Made by a program: the position numbers and the translations under genes
The notes under the pieces: model-generated
Told to the model about the DNA's origin: nothing
Seen by the model: the letters and a program-made list of their open reading frames with translations, nothing else
The model's database searches: none
Shown: positions 14,280 through 28,279 of the stretch, one piece after another
How positions within the stretch are numbered: position 1 is the first letter of the stretch
Layout of the letters: every line of letters starts with the position of its first letter
Origin: Eledone cirrhosa
Lineage: Eukaryota
Direction: 5' to 3'
Assembly (NCBI GenBank): GCA_964016885.1
Contig: OZ024760.1
Span: 22,258,001 to 22,322,000, forward strand
DNA: 64,000 nucleotides

Positions 14280-14811
14280 AAAACGAGTTTTCTTTTAAAT
14301 GTCCCACACGGGTGAAAATGTAAGGAAAAGAAATTGAAAATGCAACTGGAGGCTTTATATATATATATAATGTATATATATATATATATATTATATATGT
14401 ACACACATACGTATATCTGTGCATGGAAATGTATATATATATATATATATATATGAATAAATATATACACTCCATTTCCCAAGATATAATCGGGTTGACA
14501 AGAAACCATCCAAAATTTAATTATGAACAACTAGTAATATAGTTTATATATATATATTTTCAAAAGCCTTAAAAGATCGTTGATAGAATCGCTTTCACAT
14601 ACATCTGGTATGGAAAATGTAACAATATCGGAATGAATTAAATTATTGCAAGATATTAAGACATACCAAGCATTATGGCGAGCAGAACAATGGATGGATA
14701 TATGTTTGAATGTCTATATACATTTATGCATGTAGGCTTTACAGCAAAGAAAGTATATATTCTCTCTCTCCACACACACACACATATATATATATATACA
14801 TACACACACAC

Positions 14812-14842
<31 letters not shown>

Positions 14843-15110
14843 CACATACGTGTGTATATACATATATATATACACACACACGTGTATATACATATATATA
14901 CACGCACACACATATATACACTTCCACACACACACTACACTTCCACACACACACAACTACACTTCCACACACACACAACCACACATATATATACGCATGT
15001 AAATACATTTAAATTACATTACTAATTAAAACCGAATGCGTGCGTAAGTTTTCGGCACATATAGATAGCGATAGCGTAGCATAGAAAAATACAGGAGCCA
15101 AAGCGAAAAG

Positions 15111-15212
<102 letters not shown>

Positions 15213-15325
15213 CGTATATATATATATATATGTATTTATTAATATGTATGTGTATATATATATATTTGTGTATATACATATATATATATATATATGTGTA
15301 TATATCTGCGTAAACCTATATATAC

Positions 15326-15365
<40 letters not shown>

Positions 15366-15386
15366 CTGCGTAAACCTATATATACA

Positions 15387-15430
<44 letters not shown>

Positions 15431-15541
15431 CGTATATATATATATATATATGTATTTATTAATATGTATGTATATATATATATATTTGTGTATATACATA
15501 TATATATATGTGTATTTATCTGCGTAAACATATATATACAA

Positions 15542-15580
<39 letters not shown>

Positions 15581-15815
15581 CGTATATATATATATATGTA
15601 TTTATTAATATGTATGTATATATATATATATTTGTGTATATACATATATATATATATGTGTATATATCTGCGTAAACATATATATACATATATATTATAT
15701 ATATATATATATATTATATGTACGTATATATATATATATGTATTTATTTATATGTATGTATATATATATTTGTGTATATACATATATATATATATATGTG
15801 TATATATCTGCGTAA

Positions 15816-15850
<35 letters not shown>

Positions 15851-16514
15851 CATAAAAATATATATATACACATACACTATGAAATTTAAAGTAAAAGAAA
15901 ATGGAAGAAGTTTCGTCTCAAATTAAAATGGCGCCTTTCCGCAGGCAGTTTGAGCGATCATGTGAAAATCCGTAATTATCTCCGCTTGCTTTCTCTTACA
16001 TTTCTCTTCTATAATCATTCCTCTTATCTTAATCTTTCTCAAACACTCTCTCTCCCTCTCTCTCTATCTATCTGTCTATCTGTCACTGTTTCCCCACTCC
16101 CAGTATGTCTGTCTTTGCCTCTATCTTCGTCTTTTCTTTTACTCTTCTTTACTCCCTCTCTTTCCTTTAATATCTTTAGTAAATATGTGGCAATAATAAT
16201 TTCTAAAGATTCATTTTATTCTTTTTAAACATTCTTTCTTATTTTATATTATTTTTCAAATTTCGTTGACGAGTTCTATACGTATACAGTAAAGTCCTCA
16301 ACTTACGAAAGAGATATATTCCAAGAGGCCGTTTGTTTGTAGCTCAACTTACGAACGAATCAGCTAACACAGAAAGTACCAGTAAGCCCATATATGTTAC
16401 ATTGATACTGCAGGTTTCCATGTTAGAGATGTATATATATATATATATAATAGTAGAACACTGGAGGGTTATATCAGTAGTAGTAGAGCACTCAGTCCAT
16501 GGGACGAGTTTGGT

Positions 16515-16628
16515 AGAAGTAGTTCCACAACAGAGAACAAATGTTTCACCATATGCGGATCTTCAGTTGAAGATCCGTATAAGGTGAAACATTTGTTCTC
16601 CGTATGGTGAACTAACTGTTGTGGAACT

Positions 16629-16634
<6 letters not shown>
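16515..16634. mobile_element. Short palindrome made of two back-to-back hammerhead cores
   Basis: The minus strand reads CTGAAGA-t-cc-gcatat-gg-t-GAAA-ca-tt-tg-TT and the plus mirror reads TTGAAGA...GAAAcatttgtt. The centre lies just 5' of the cores, so stem I is missing. Confidence 0.6.
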
Positions 16635-16690
<56 letters not shown>

Positions 16691-16694
16691 AAAG

Positions 16695-16987
16695 TGAAAA
16701 TAATTGTTTCTATTTTAGGCACAAGGCCAGCAATTACCCAGTTCATTACTGGTACTTTATTTTATCGACCCCGTAAGGATGAAAGGCAAAGTCAACCTCG
16801 GCGGGATTTGAACTCAGATCGTAAAGGGACATAACTATGCTGGAAAGCATGGCGTCCGACCCTCTACCAATGCTGGAAAGCATGGCGTCCGACCCTCTAC
16901 CGATACTGCCTATCCACCGCCCTATAAAAGTGAAAATAATTGTTTCTACATTTGGCACAAGGCCAGCAATCACCCAGTGTATTACTG
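16695..16987 (-). mobile_element. SINE family A (full copy with 33-bp internal duplication, plus partial tail)
   Basis: Family A core; atgctggaaagcatggcgtccgaccctctacc is duplicated. Confidence 0.85.
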
Positions 16988-17867
16988 AATGACTTCACTC
17001 GTAGTTCTAAACAATTTAATTTAATTTCTTAGCATGATTTTACAATTTGGTTTTGTAGATCTAGTAAGTACTTTGTTAACTTCGATGGGGAGATTTTTAA
17101 TGATTCCTGGTTAACTTTCCTGGAGAACTTTCTCGCATCCATCGGTGGCGATTGTCAACCTAACTGTACCATTTTTCAATATATATATATATATATAAGC
17201 TTATCCCGGGTTCAATCGGGGGTAACCACAGTAAGTAAGGTACTCAATACATAGCGGAGTATAAATATTTAATATAAAAATGGCTTCTGCAGGACTAGAA
17301 CTGTTTCATATATAATATATAGAGGTATATATAACATGAAATAATGAATTTAAATACCCTAAATTTAATGACAATAAATTATTAAAAAAAAAAAGTACTT
17401 TTTCAAATCTGCGAAAAACTGTTCGTATCTATGGAAGTTCGTAAGTCAGATGTTCGTAAGATGGGGACTTATTGTATATATAAGAACTCTTATAACGTGC
17501 TTGTAAAATGTTTCTTGTAGGTTTTGTATTATATTGAAAAGAGGTGAGATGCCACCGTAGAAGTACCGTACTTAAGTTGACTCTTTGAAACAAAATATAA
17601 ATAAAAACACAACATAAAAAAATATAGAAATATATAGAATAAAAATAATAAAAATAAATAAAATAAATATATAAAATGCATAAATGAAATGAAAAAATAC
17701 AAAACAAGATAGAATTGTTAAAAATCTCTTGTAATCTGTGAAGGGGGGGGGGGGGGATTTAGTGAGAGAAGAAAGTAAAGGAGGATAGTGGGAAAGAAAT
17801 GCAATAAAATGAAAGCCGAAGGCAATTAAAGAACAACAAAAAAACAACAACAATACTACTATTACCG

Positions 17868-17898
<31 letters not shown>

Positions 17899-18775
17899 CA
17901 CCACCACCACCACCACCACCGCTACTACCACTATCACCATTACCGCTGCTACTACTACCACTGATGTTTCAACAACAATAAAAACAACAACAGGAGTAAC
18001 ATCAGCAGCAACAATAACAACAACAGCAGCAGCTGCTACTACTACTACTACTGATGCTGCTGGTTCAACAACAACAACAACAACAACTACTACTACTGAT
18101 ACTTCAACAACAACAACAGCAGCTACTACTACTGATGCTTCTACAACAATAACTACTACTCTTACTAACAACAACAACACTAATAACAATAGAATTACAA
18201 CAGTACAACAATAACAGAAAACAACTACTACTACTACTACTACTAATACTTCAACAACAACAACAAACAACAGTTACTGCTGCTGTTGGTTCAACTACCA
18301 CCACCAATACTACTACTACTACTGATACTTCAACAACAACAGTTACTGCTGCTGTTGGTTCAACTTCAACTACCACCACCAATACTACTACTACTACCAC
18401 AGATGTTTCAATTCAACAACAACAACAGCTGCTCCTACTACTGATGCTTCTACAACAATAACTACTACTCTTACTAACAACAACAACAACACTAATAACA
18501 ATAGAATTACAAGAGTACAACAATAACCGGAAGCAGTTATAAGATGCAGCAATCGCCATATTAAATTGTGCAAAGTAACAACTACGACAACAACATTGAT
18601 GATAAGAATAACAATCATAACAATAATAATAATAATGATTATTATGACGATGATTATTATGATGATGATGGTGGCGGTGTTGATAAAAATGTGTATTGTC
18701 ATGTAGATAAGAAAATGAACAAAATTATTAGGAAGCTACAAACAGGTGGGTGGGATTTGGAAAAGAAATCTCACT

Positions 18776-18866
<91 letters not shown>

Positions 18867-18871
18867 TATAT

Positions 18872-19141
18872 GTTTCTTTATTAGCCACAGGGGCACACAA
18901 GAAGAGGACAAATACAAAGGGGGGAAGTTTACATACAATAAAAACGTGTCAAATGTTATCACAAATGCAATTTAAAAAAATTAGTCGATTTTCCCCAATA
19001 GGGGGAGACAGTTCATATGGGTAACACATACCTCCAAAAAAATGTGAAACCCTCATCTCCAGGAGTACGAAGAGTTTGTACTCCTTTCCTCTCCTCCTCC
19101 TCCTTCTCATCAACCTACAGGCTGATATAGAGAGAAGGCCC

Positions 19142-19187
<46 letters not shown>

Positions 19188-19440
19188 TTCTTTATTTGCC
19201 ACAAGGGCGCACAGGAAAAGGAGACAATACAAAGACACATGTCGGGGATTTTACATACAGTCGTGTAAAAATATTGAAACAAACAATTATAACAATCGAA
19301 ATCCCCAATAGGGGGGAGGCTCCACAAATGGGTTGTTTATACCCCGTAGATAGAACAACCCTCAACTTCAGGAGCGTGTTGTGCAAGTGCACCTTTCTTC
19401 CTTTTGCTCTCTTCCTCAACCTACAGGCTTATAAACAGAG
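18872..19440 (-). mobile_element. Two short Tx1/L1-like 3'-end elements separated and flanked by (GATA)n
   Basis: Elements at ~18872-19140 and ~19187-19440 end (minus strand) in tgtggc(t/a)aataaagaaa. The first is nearly identical to the 213-bp unit at 62957. Confidence 0.7.
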
Positions 19441-19494
19441 AAGATACATAGATAGATAGATAGATATGTATATATTTATTGAAAAAAAAAAAAA

Positions 19495-19598
19495 ATGAAA
19501 ACGAAATTTCATTTCTCACTCTTAGTATGGCACTTACTTAAATGTAAGTATGTATGTATACGTACATACATATATGTATACAGACGTACAGTAGCATG

Positions 19599-19648
<50 letters not shown>

Positions 19649-19733
19649 CAGGTACACATACATATATGCACGCATCAGTTTAGCGGACGCTTATTATAAC
19701 TGATGCGTGCATATATGTATGTGTACCTGTATG

Positions 19734-19766
<33 letters not shown>

Positions 19767-19833
19767 GTGCATGCTACTGTACGTCTGCTATTTATAACTG
19801 ATGCGTGCATATATGTATGTGTACCTGTATGTA

Positions 19834-19879
<46 letters not shown>

Positions 19880-19938
19880 CATGCTACTGTACGTCTGCTT
19901 ATTATAACTGATGCGTGCATATATGTATGTGTACCTGT

Positions 19939-19969
<31 letters not shown>

Positions 19970-20031
19970 CATGCTACTGTACGTCTGCTTATTATAACTG
20001 ATGCGTGCATATATGTATGTGTACCTGTATG

Positions 20032-20079
<48 letters not shown>

Positions 20080-20130
20080 CATGCTACTGTACGTCTGTAT
20101 ACATATATGTATGTACGTATACATACATAC
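19495..20130. repeat. Inverted copy followed by four tandem ~90-110 bp units with variable (TA)n; related to the arms at 5095-5575
   Basis: Unit ataactgatgcgtgcatatatgtatgtgtacctg..(ta)n..gtgcatgctactgtacgtctg; the reverse-complement copy is at ~19550-19681. Confidence 0.85.
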
Positions 20131-20300
20131 TTACATATATATTTATTTATATTTATTCAATTGAAGAAAGTTGATTGATTAAAAATCTTCCGACTTATTC
20201 TTTAAAAGGCGTGAAGTGAAGTACTCCACGATTCTTGTTCATCCGGAGTTTTTTAAATAATAAATAAGAGAGACGGTTGTATTCGTACATCCCTATTATA

Positions 20301-20363
20301 TTCGTTATACATATTTCAAAAGGTAGTTATACAATTACTACCATAAACGTTCTCTTCAGACAA
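20301..20363 (-). ncRNA. Type I hammerhead-like motif
   Basis: Minus strand: ttgt-CTGAAGA-gaacgtttat-ggtagt..actacc-tttt-GAAA-tatgta-TA^-acgaa. It is a diverged inverted partner of 20452-20527. Confidence 0.55.
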
Positions 20364-20451
20364 CATTACAAACGAGATGTAATTTTCCATTGATATACTA
20401 CCAGTCGGTCGTGTTGTTTACCTCACCGACTAGTACATATATCTCGTTCGT

Positions 20452-20527
20452 ATGTTTGTCTGGAGAGAACGTTCATGGGAGTAATTGTATAATTACCTTA
20501 CATCTTTCGAAATACGTATAACAACAT
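20452..20527 (+). ncRNA. Hammerhead-like motif with A6G core change
   Basis: atgtttgt-CTGGAGA(20460)...GAAA(20509)-t-acgt-a-TA^-acaacat. Confidence 0.55.
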
Positions 20528-20586
20528 ATGTTGATTTAAAACTGCACTATTCACAAGTGTAGTTTAACCTTCATATCATGTCTTCC

Positions 20587-20657
20587 TATTTTATCTGACG
20601 AAAACACAAATGTGATTGCATGATGATATTTGTTTTTGAAATGCGTATAATGAAATA
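20587..20657 (+). ncRNA. Type I hammerhead ribozyme
   Basis: tattttat-CTGACGA(20595)-aaacacaaatgt..atatttgttttt-GAAA(20638)-t-gcgt-a-TA^-atgaaata. Confidence 0.75.
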
Positions 20658-20780
20658 CATGGAACTCTTTTAACCATCTTTTGATCTTATATATTATTTA
20701 TATTCCAGTCCTACACATTGTAGAGTGCTTCTTATCCGATATCTGCATTGCTTTATTGTACTGCAATAAAACTCACCTCC

Positions 20781-21990
<1,210 letters not shown>

Positions 21991-22042
21991 GTTGAGCGAT
22001 AGAATGATAGACAGTTACAGCAGTGAGCGAGAGAGAGAATAA

Positions 22043-22130
<88 letters not shown>

Positions 22131-22611
22131 GAGAGAGAGAGAGAAAAAGAAAGAGAGAAAATATGAAATTTGAGCCTCGAAGAATCTTGTCTAAATTAAT
22201 CTTTACTAGATTTCTTTTAAGAGTTCACAAAGTTCCACATCTCTGAAGATCGATTTACATTCTGCAAATATCACCAGTCATTAGATTCTTGACTATCAAT
22301 AACTTTAAAGCTCGATGCCAACGTCACACGTCCCCTATCCCCGCAATACTCTAATCTATTCGGCGCATGTCATAACGGGTTTGTTTTACTCCCAATGCTA
22401 GTATCATATTACGTCTTCAAATAACTTTAACCAATCTACTATCTGAGATGTATCAACTATTGGGACCCGTAGAAATGTCAAGCTATATAGAATTTCCCTT
22501 TTCAATTCTGATTGATAAAATTATAGATCTTTTCTAACATTGCTTCTTCAAGGTATCTCTGTATTTCTATATGTATGTATCTCTCTCTCCTATATATATA
22601 TATATATATAT

Positions 22612-22791
22612 ATAGGAACAAGTAAGAACCCGACGGCTGAGCTCAAGACATTTCGACGGCTAATTCTCCGTCGAAATGTCTTGAGCTCAGCCGTCGGGGT
22701 CTTACTTGTTCCTATTACCCACTCTACTACCCTAAGTATTGAGTACTTTGGTGCGTTATGGTCCACCTGGTTCCTTACCACATTTCCTTCG

Positions 22792-22793
<2 letters not shown>
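22612..22793 (+). mobile_element. GC-rich hairpin cassette family, copy 1 (palindrome 22612-22714) in (TA)n
   Basis: Same family at 32956, 40220 and 59855; each arm carries the 3' half of a hammerhead. Confidence 0.85.
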
Positions 22794-22837
<44 letters not shown>

Positions 22838-23120
22838 GATATTAATAAATGGAAACTATATTTATAAAACCATATTTATTTCATTATACATATTTCAATA
22901 TACATACTTTCATTATACATACTTTATATCAGTTATAAAAATAATTGCTTGTTGCATCCCAACAATTTAAATAGAACTTTTGCATATATATATATATATA
23001 TGTATAAATATATATATATATATATATTAATATATATATATATATTTATATATATATTAATATATATATATATATTTATATATATATTAATATATATATA
23101 TATATTTATATATATATTAA

Positions 23121-23153
<33 letters not shown>

Positions 23154-23248
23154 ATATATATATATATTTATATTATAAATATATATCTTATTGTTCCACT
23201 ATATATATATATATTATTGTTCCACAATGCTTCAAGCAAACTTCAATA

Positions 23249-23294
<46 letters not shown>

Positions 23295-23864
23295 GAGGTT
23301 ATATTTAATTTGTTGGGACTCAACAAGCTTAACATTTTTTATAACTGATATAAAGCACTCAACATTTTAGTGGAGTAAATACACAATATATTAGTAAATG
23401 GAAACTATATTTATAAAAACATATTTATTTTATTATATATATTTCAAGTTAATCTTATATTATATTCTTCCACGTTAATCTTATTTCTTCTTTCACTTCT
23501 TCTTTCACTTAGAAATATTTACGCTCTATATTCTTCCATTAATATTATTTCTTCGTTTCTTTTTTCTTCGTTCATTCTTGACTATCTTCACTATCACTAT
23601 GTATAATCGTTCTTTCTTTCCTCTTCTCTCTTTCTCCTTCCTTTTCTTTTTCTTTTCTCTCTCCCTTACATATCCTCTTCTTCCAACAGTTTTATTTAAA
23701 TAAACTGTTATCTTTTCAACTTTTCGGACACTCATTTGCATACTCACTCATAACTTTGTATTACCATCAATAAAATATTATCTCCGCTATCCAGGAAGCT
23801 CCAACCGTTAAGGTTGTTTTTTTTCCGGGTATGTCAATATTTATTTATTTATAAAACAAATCTG

Positions 23865-23921
23865 TATTTTATCTGATGAAAGCGCACCATAATTTGCTCT
23901 TGAAATATATATAATAAAATA
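23865..23921 (+). ncRNA. Type I hammerhead ribozyme (13948 family, shortened stem II)
   Basis: tattttat-CTGATGA(23873)-aagcgca-ccataatt-tgctctt-GAAA(23902)-t-atat-a-TA^-ataaaata. Confidence 0.75.
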
Positions 23922-24049
23922 AATATGGTTTTATAAATATAGTTTCCATTTATTAATATATATAAGTATTGGTGGTCTGAACTAGCAATGTATATATCAA
24001 TGTATGTACAGTATATACTGTATGTTTAATATACTGTATGTTTAATATA

Positions 24050-24330
24050 CTGTATGTTTAATTAAAACATTTAGAAGACCATTCTCTATGAGTTTTAAAG
24101 TAGTGACTATGTCACTTACTTAATCTCGACAAAAGAGTGGTCGACAGAGTCTGTTTCCCGTATGTTAGCAGCGGAGTGTGTGGTCTTGATAAGCGCTAAC
24201 AAGCGAGAAACAGACTGTCTGTCGACCACTCTCTGTTACTTTTGCCGAAATTAAGTAAGTGACATAGTCACTACTTTAAAACTCAGAGACAATGGTCTTC
24301 TAAATGTTTTTAATAAAACATACAGTACAT
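24050..24330. mobile_element. Imperfect inverted-repeat cassette centred on a hammerhead
   Basis: Arms include gagttttaaagtagtgactatgtcacttacttaat / attaagtaagtgacatagtcactactttaaaactc. Confidence 0.8.
24180..24229 (+). ncRNA. Hammerhead ribozyme with U3-A8 variant core and GUC site
   Basis: gtggtc-TTGATAA(24186)-g-cgct-aaca-agcg-a-GAAA(24207)-caga-ctg-tctg-TC^-gaccac. Confidence 0.65.
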
Positions 24331-24546
24331 TGACGAATATTCTATACATACGTTAAGGGTGAAAGCAACGATTCTTTGCTTAAACTTTAATCTGTTATTT
24401 TAATAAATATATATATATATATATATATATATGCAAAAGTTCTATTTAAAATAATATAAACATTTCACTATCCAGACAGCTTCCAAAAATAATGGTTGCA
24501 TTTAATAGGGTACGTCAAAATTATTTATAAAACTGTTTATATATTG

Positions 24547-24611
24547 TATTTTGTCTGATGAAGGCATACCATATTTTAATTTGGTATCCCTGAAATATGT
24601 ATAATGAAATA
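24547..24611 (+). ncRNA. Type I hammerhead ribozyme (13948 family)
   Basis: tattttgt-CTGATGA(24555)-aggcatacca..tggtatccct-GAAA(24592)-tatgta-TA^-atgaaata. Confidence 0.8.
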
Positions 24612-24650
24612 AATATGGTTTTATAAATATAGTTTCCATTTATTAATATC

Positions 24651-24692
<42 letters not shown>

Positions 24693-24724
24693 TGTATGTA
24701 TATATAAATATATATCTAGTCTAA

Positions 24725-24975
24725 AGTCTGTGTTAAGCCATTTTTCCGGTTTCATAGCATGAAGCGACTGAGAGTACAAGACTTCCTCCAGAACAGGACG
24801 CCAGTCCATCGCAGGGTTAAACTCTCAGCTATTGCAGGTAGTCATTTTCAGTGAGTATAGTGGAGCAACGTGAAATGAAGTGTTTTGCTTAAGAACACAA
24901 CACGCAAACCAGGAATCGAACCCACGACGTTATGATCATAAGTCCAACACCATAGCCACTAGGCCAATTGCCTAC
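24725..24975 (-). mobile_element. tRNA-derived SINE family B (CORE/V-domain-like)
   Basis: The minus strand has a tRNA-like head with B-box GGTTCGATTCC, then gtgttcttaagcaaaacacttcatttcacgttgctcc and gcgatggactggcgtcctg. Confidence 0.8.
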
Positions 24976-25493
24976 ACACACACACATATATATATATATT
25001 ATATATATATATTATATATATATATATATACACACACACATATGTGTGTATATATGCATATGTGTGTATATATACAGATACACACACACACACATTATAC
25101 ATACATATATTTATGTATATATGTATTTCAAGATCTCTCTCGTGAAGAATTTGGCTGTGTTCATCCTTAGATAGGAATTGATTTCCGTAGGTTTAAATGC
25201 CCTATACAGGCCAAATATCTCTATAGCGGCCCTAAGATTCCTTATGGAAGTAAAGGCCCAAATTCCTGGGACAGAACTACTTATATTTAAAGGAATTTTC
25301 GTCCCTGAGCAGTCGTTCCTATTGCCAACCTCACCGACGTTTATACGGCAGGAAAACCAACCAAGAGAACTGTTTACACTTAGAGAAGAATGGAGACCCA
25401 ATAGTGTGCATATAGTATGTTTACAACCAAGTACTTGAAATTGTTATGTTCGTCAACCATCAGGCATGTAAAACCGCAGCGACATGGATAGGT

Positions 25494-25535
25494 TTAGGGT
25501 TAGGGTTAGGGTTAGGGTTAGGGTTAGGGTTAGGG
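25494..25535 (+). repeat. Interstitial telomeric repeat (TTAGGG)7
   Basis: Seven perfect TTAGGG units. Confidence 0.95.
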
Positions 25536-25589
25536 TTTCATTCTCTATGATATGACCTGGCTAATCTTTTATTATTTTCATCAATCTCG

Positions 25590-26705
25590 AGGGCGGCGGA
25601 TTGGCAGTATCGGTAGAGCGTCGGACACTATGTTTTGCAGCATAGAGTTACGACCATTTACATTCTGAGTTCAAATCCCACCGAGGTTAATTTGCCTCAC
25701 ATCCTTACATAGTCGATAAAATAAAGTACCAGTTATGCACTGGTGTTGATTTAATCGACTTTCCCCTCGCTCCAAATTACTGGCCATGTGCCTATACTAG
25801 AAATCAATATTTTCATCAATCTCAGTACAGTGGATTGGAGGTATGGGTAGAGCATCGGACACAGTGTTTTGCAGCATAGAGTTACGGCCCTTTAGGAACT
25901 GAGCTCAAATCCCGTCGAGGTTAGATTTGCCTTTCATCCTTACGGAGTCAATAAAATATTACTCTGGGGTCCATTTAATCAACATTCTCCTCCCCCACAA
26001 AAAATTGTGGGCCTTGTGTCTAAATCAGAAACCATTGTTAGTAGAATCGGTAGAGTGTCGGACAACATACAACATATTGCGGCATATAGTTACACCCCTT
26101 TACGATCTGAGTTCAAATCCTGCGGAAGTTAGCGTTGCTTTTCATTCTTACGGCGTCGATAAAATTAAGTACCAGTAACATACTAAGGTCGGTTTAATTG
26201 AATTTCCCCTCCCTTAAAATTGTTGGCCTCGTGCCTTAAACAGAAACCATTATTGAGTTCGAATCCCGCCGAGGTTGACTTTGCCTTTCATCCTTACGGG
26301 GTCGATAAAATAAAGTACCAGTAATGCACTGGGTATTTGCTGGCCTTGTGCCTAAAGTAGAAACAATTATTTTAATCAATCCCAAAAGGCGGTGAATTGG
26401 CAGTATCGGTAGAGGGTCGGACATGCTTTCCAGCATAGTTACGCCCCTTTACGATCTGAGTTCAAATTCCACCGAGGTTAACTTTGCCTTTCATCCTTAC
26501 GGCGTCGATAAAATAAAGTACCAGTAATGTACTGGGTAATTGCTGGCCTTGTGCCTAAAATAGGAAAAAAAAAAAATTATTTTAATCAATCCCCTTAAAT
26601 GGAGCTGGATTAGCAGTATCGGTAGAGCGTCAGTCTCCATGATTAAAGCACCAGTAATTCACTGAGGTATTTGTTGGCCTTGTGCCAAAAGTAGAAACAA
26701 TTATT
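25590..26705 (+). mobile_element. Head-to-tail cluster of ~6 SINE family A copies
   Basis: Recurrent gattggcagtatcggtagag heads, GAGTTCAAATCC B-boxes and family A cores. Confidence 0.85.
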
Positions 26706-26715
26706 TCAAACAATC

Positions 26716-27190
26716 TCAGAAGAGACGGATCACTTTTAAGTGCTACTGGTAACATGTAACCCAGTACAACCTGTCGCATGGTCGGGTCGTTGGCGAGTAA
26801 ACCGGCAACCCAACCAAGTTTACTTGCTGAGGAGGGTGATTTTTGACACCTTGCAGGACTAAAAACAAAACAAGGGGCGGAAGAAGTCACAGGTGTCAAC
26901 GGCCATCTAAATAAAAATAAAAAATAAAATCCTGTCAAATCAATGGGTGGCAGTAGTTCCAGCTGCACACATCGAAAGACTGGTGTAGTGGTTCTAAGAA
27001 CAATGCGGCTTTGCAGATGAGCAATGCAAATTGACAATGGACAGGTGCTCCCGCTCGAGTTAGAAGAGAACTATTGACGTTCAGGAGATGCAGCGACCCC
27101 TGGTTGTATTCAGCAACTGAAACAAATATGAAGTACACCAAATCCGATGCTTCTAGGGGCGGCCCTGGTTCTTCTTATTTGCGAGTGCAA
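26716..27190 (+). mobile_element. Possible LINE 5' region or other interspersed repeat
   Basis: Complex, relatively GC-rich segment without a credible ORF. The assignment rests on general appearance only. Confidence 0.25.
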
Positions 27191-28031
27191 ACTCGATCAG
27201 ATTAGATTAGATAGATGAGTGTAAAGGAAAAGTTCCAGTCATCATTCACCCGGGATTTGAACTCAAGATGCAACATATAGATAAGGAATGCCTTTAGGTG
27301 TTAAATCTTACGGTGAGGTTTTCCACAATTATAAATAATTACTCAATTATGATACTTACCTATGTACTTACATATCACACTATTAACATATATCGACATC
27401 TCTCTCTCTCTCTCTCACTCTCTCTCTCTCTCTCTAACTCACTCTAATTTACCCCCTAATTTTCAAGTAATCCTCCCATATCACTTCTCTATCTTTCTCC
27501 TCCTCTTTTCTTTCGCTCTCTCTCTAGCTCACTCTGCTGTACTCCCTAATTTTCAATTAATCTACACCATGAGACGCCCGTCTCTCTCTCTCTCTCTATT
27601 CCTTTTGCTCACCCTCTCTCACTCCCTTTTACTCACCCTCTCTCTCTCTATTCCTTTTACTCACTCTCTCACACTATTCCTTTTGCTCACCCTATATCTC
27701 TCTCGTTCACTCTACTGTATCCCCTAATTTTCAATAAATCCCCATCACACTACTCTCTCTGTCTCTCTGCCCCCTAATTTTCAATTAATCTATCCCACCA
27801 CACTGCAACCCATCACACACTAACACCGCCCCATCCTATGATCCCTATCGCATGCTAAATCACATCTTCTGCCTAAGGACCCTAATCTATAAAGATTTAT
27901 TTACATAGCATAATAACGGTATGCCAGCAGGAAAGGCAACAACAATAATAGCAACAATAACAAGAACAGTAAGCTATCTTGATTGGTCCCAGCACGCATT
28001 TTCAATATATATATATACACTCATTATATAC

Positions 28032-28067
<36 letters not shown>

Positions 28068-28163
28068 TTATATACACCATATATACTATATATATATGCT
28101 CTATTTCTTTCTATGTATGAATATATATTAAGAGAGAGGGAGAGAGAATTAATATGTGGTGAT

Positions 28164-28164
<1 letters not shown>

Positions 28165-28199
<35 letters not shown>

Positions 28200-28247
28200 A
28201 ATATATATATAATTAAATATATATATATATATAAATATATATATAAT

Positions 28248-28279
<32 letters not shown>

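Larger units (their letters stand above)
16287..17474. mobile_element. Tc1/pogo (Tigger-like) non-autonomous DNA transposon with nested insertions
   Basis: Left end ta-CAGTAAAGTCCTCAACTTACGAA; the right end reads CAATAAGTCCCCATCTTACGAA on the reverse strand; TA flanks. Confidence 0.6.
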
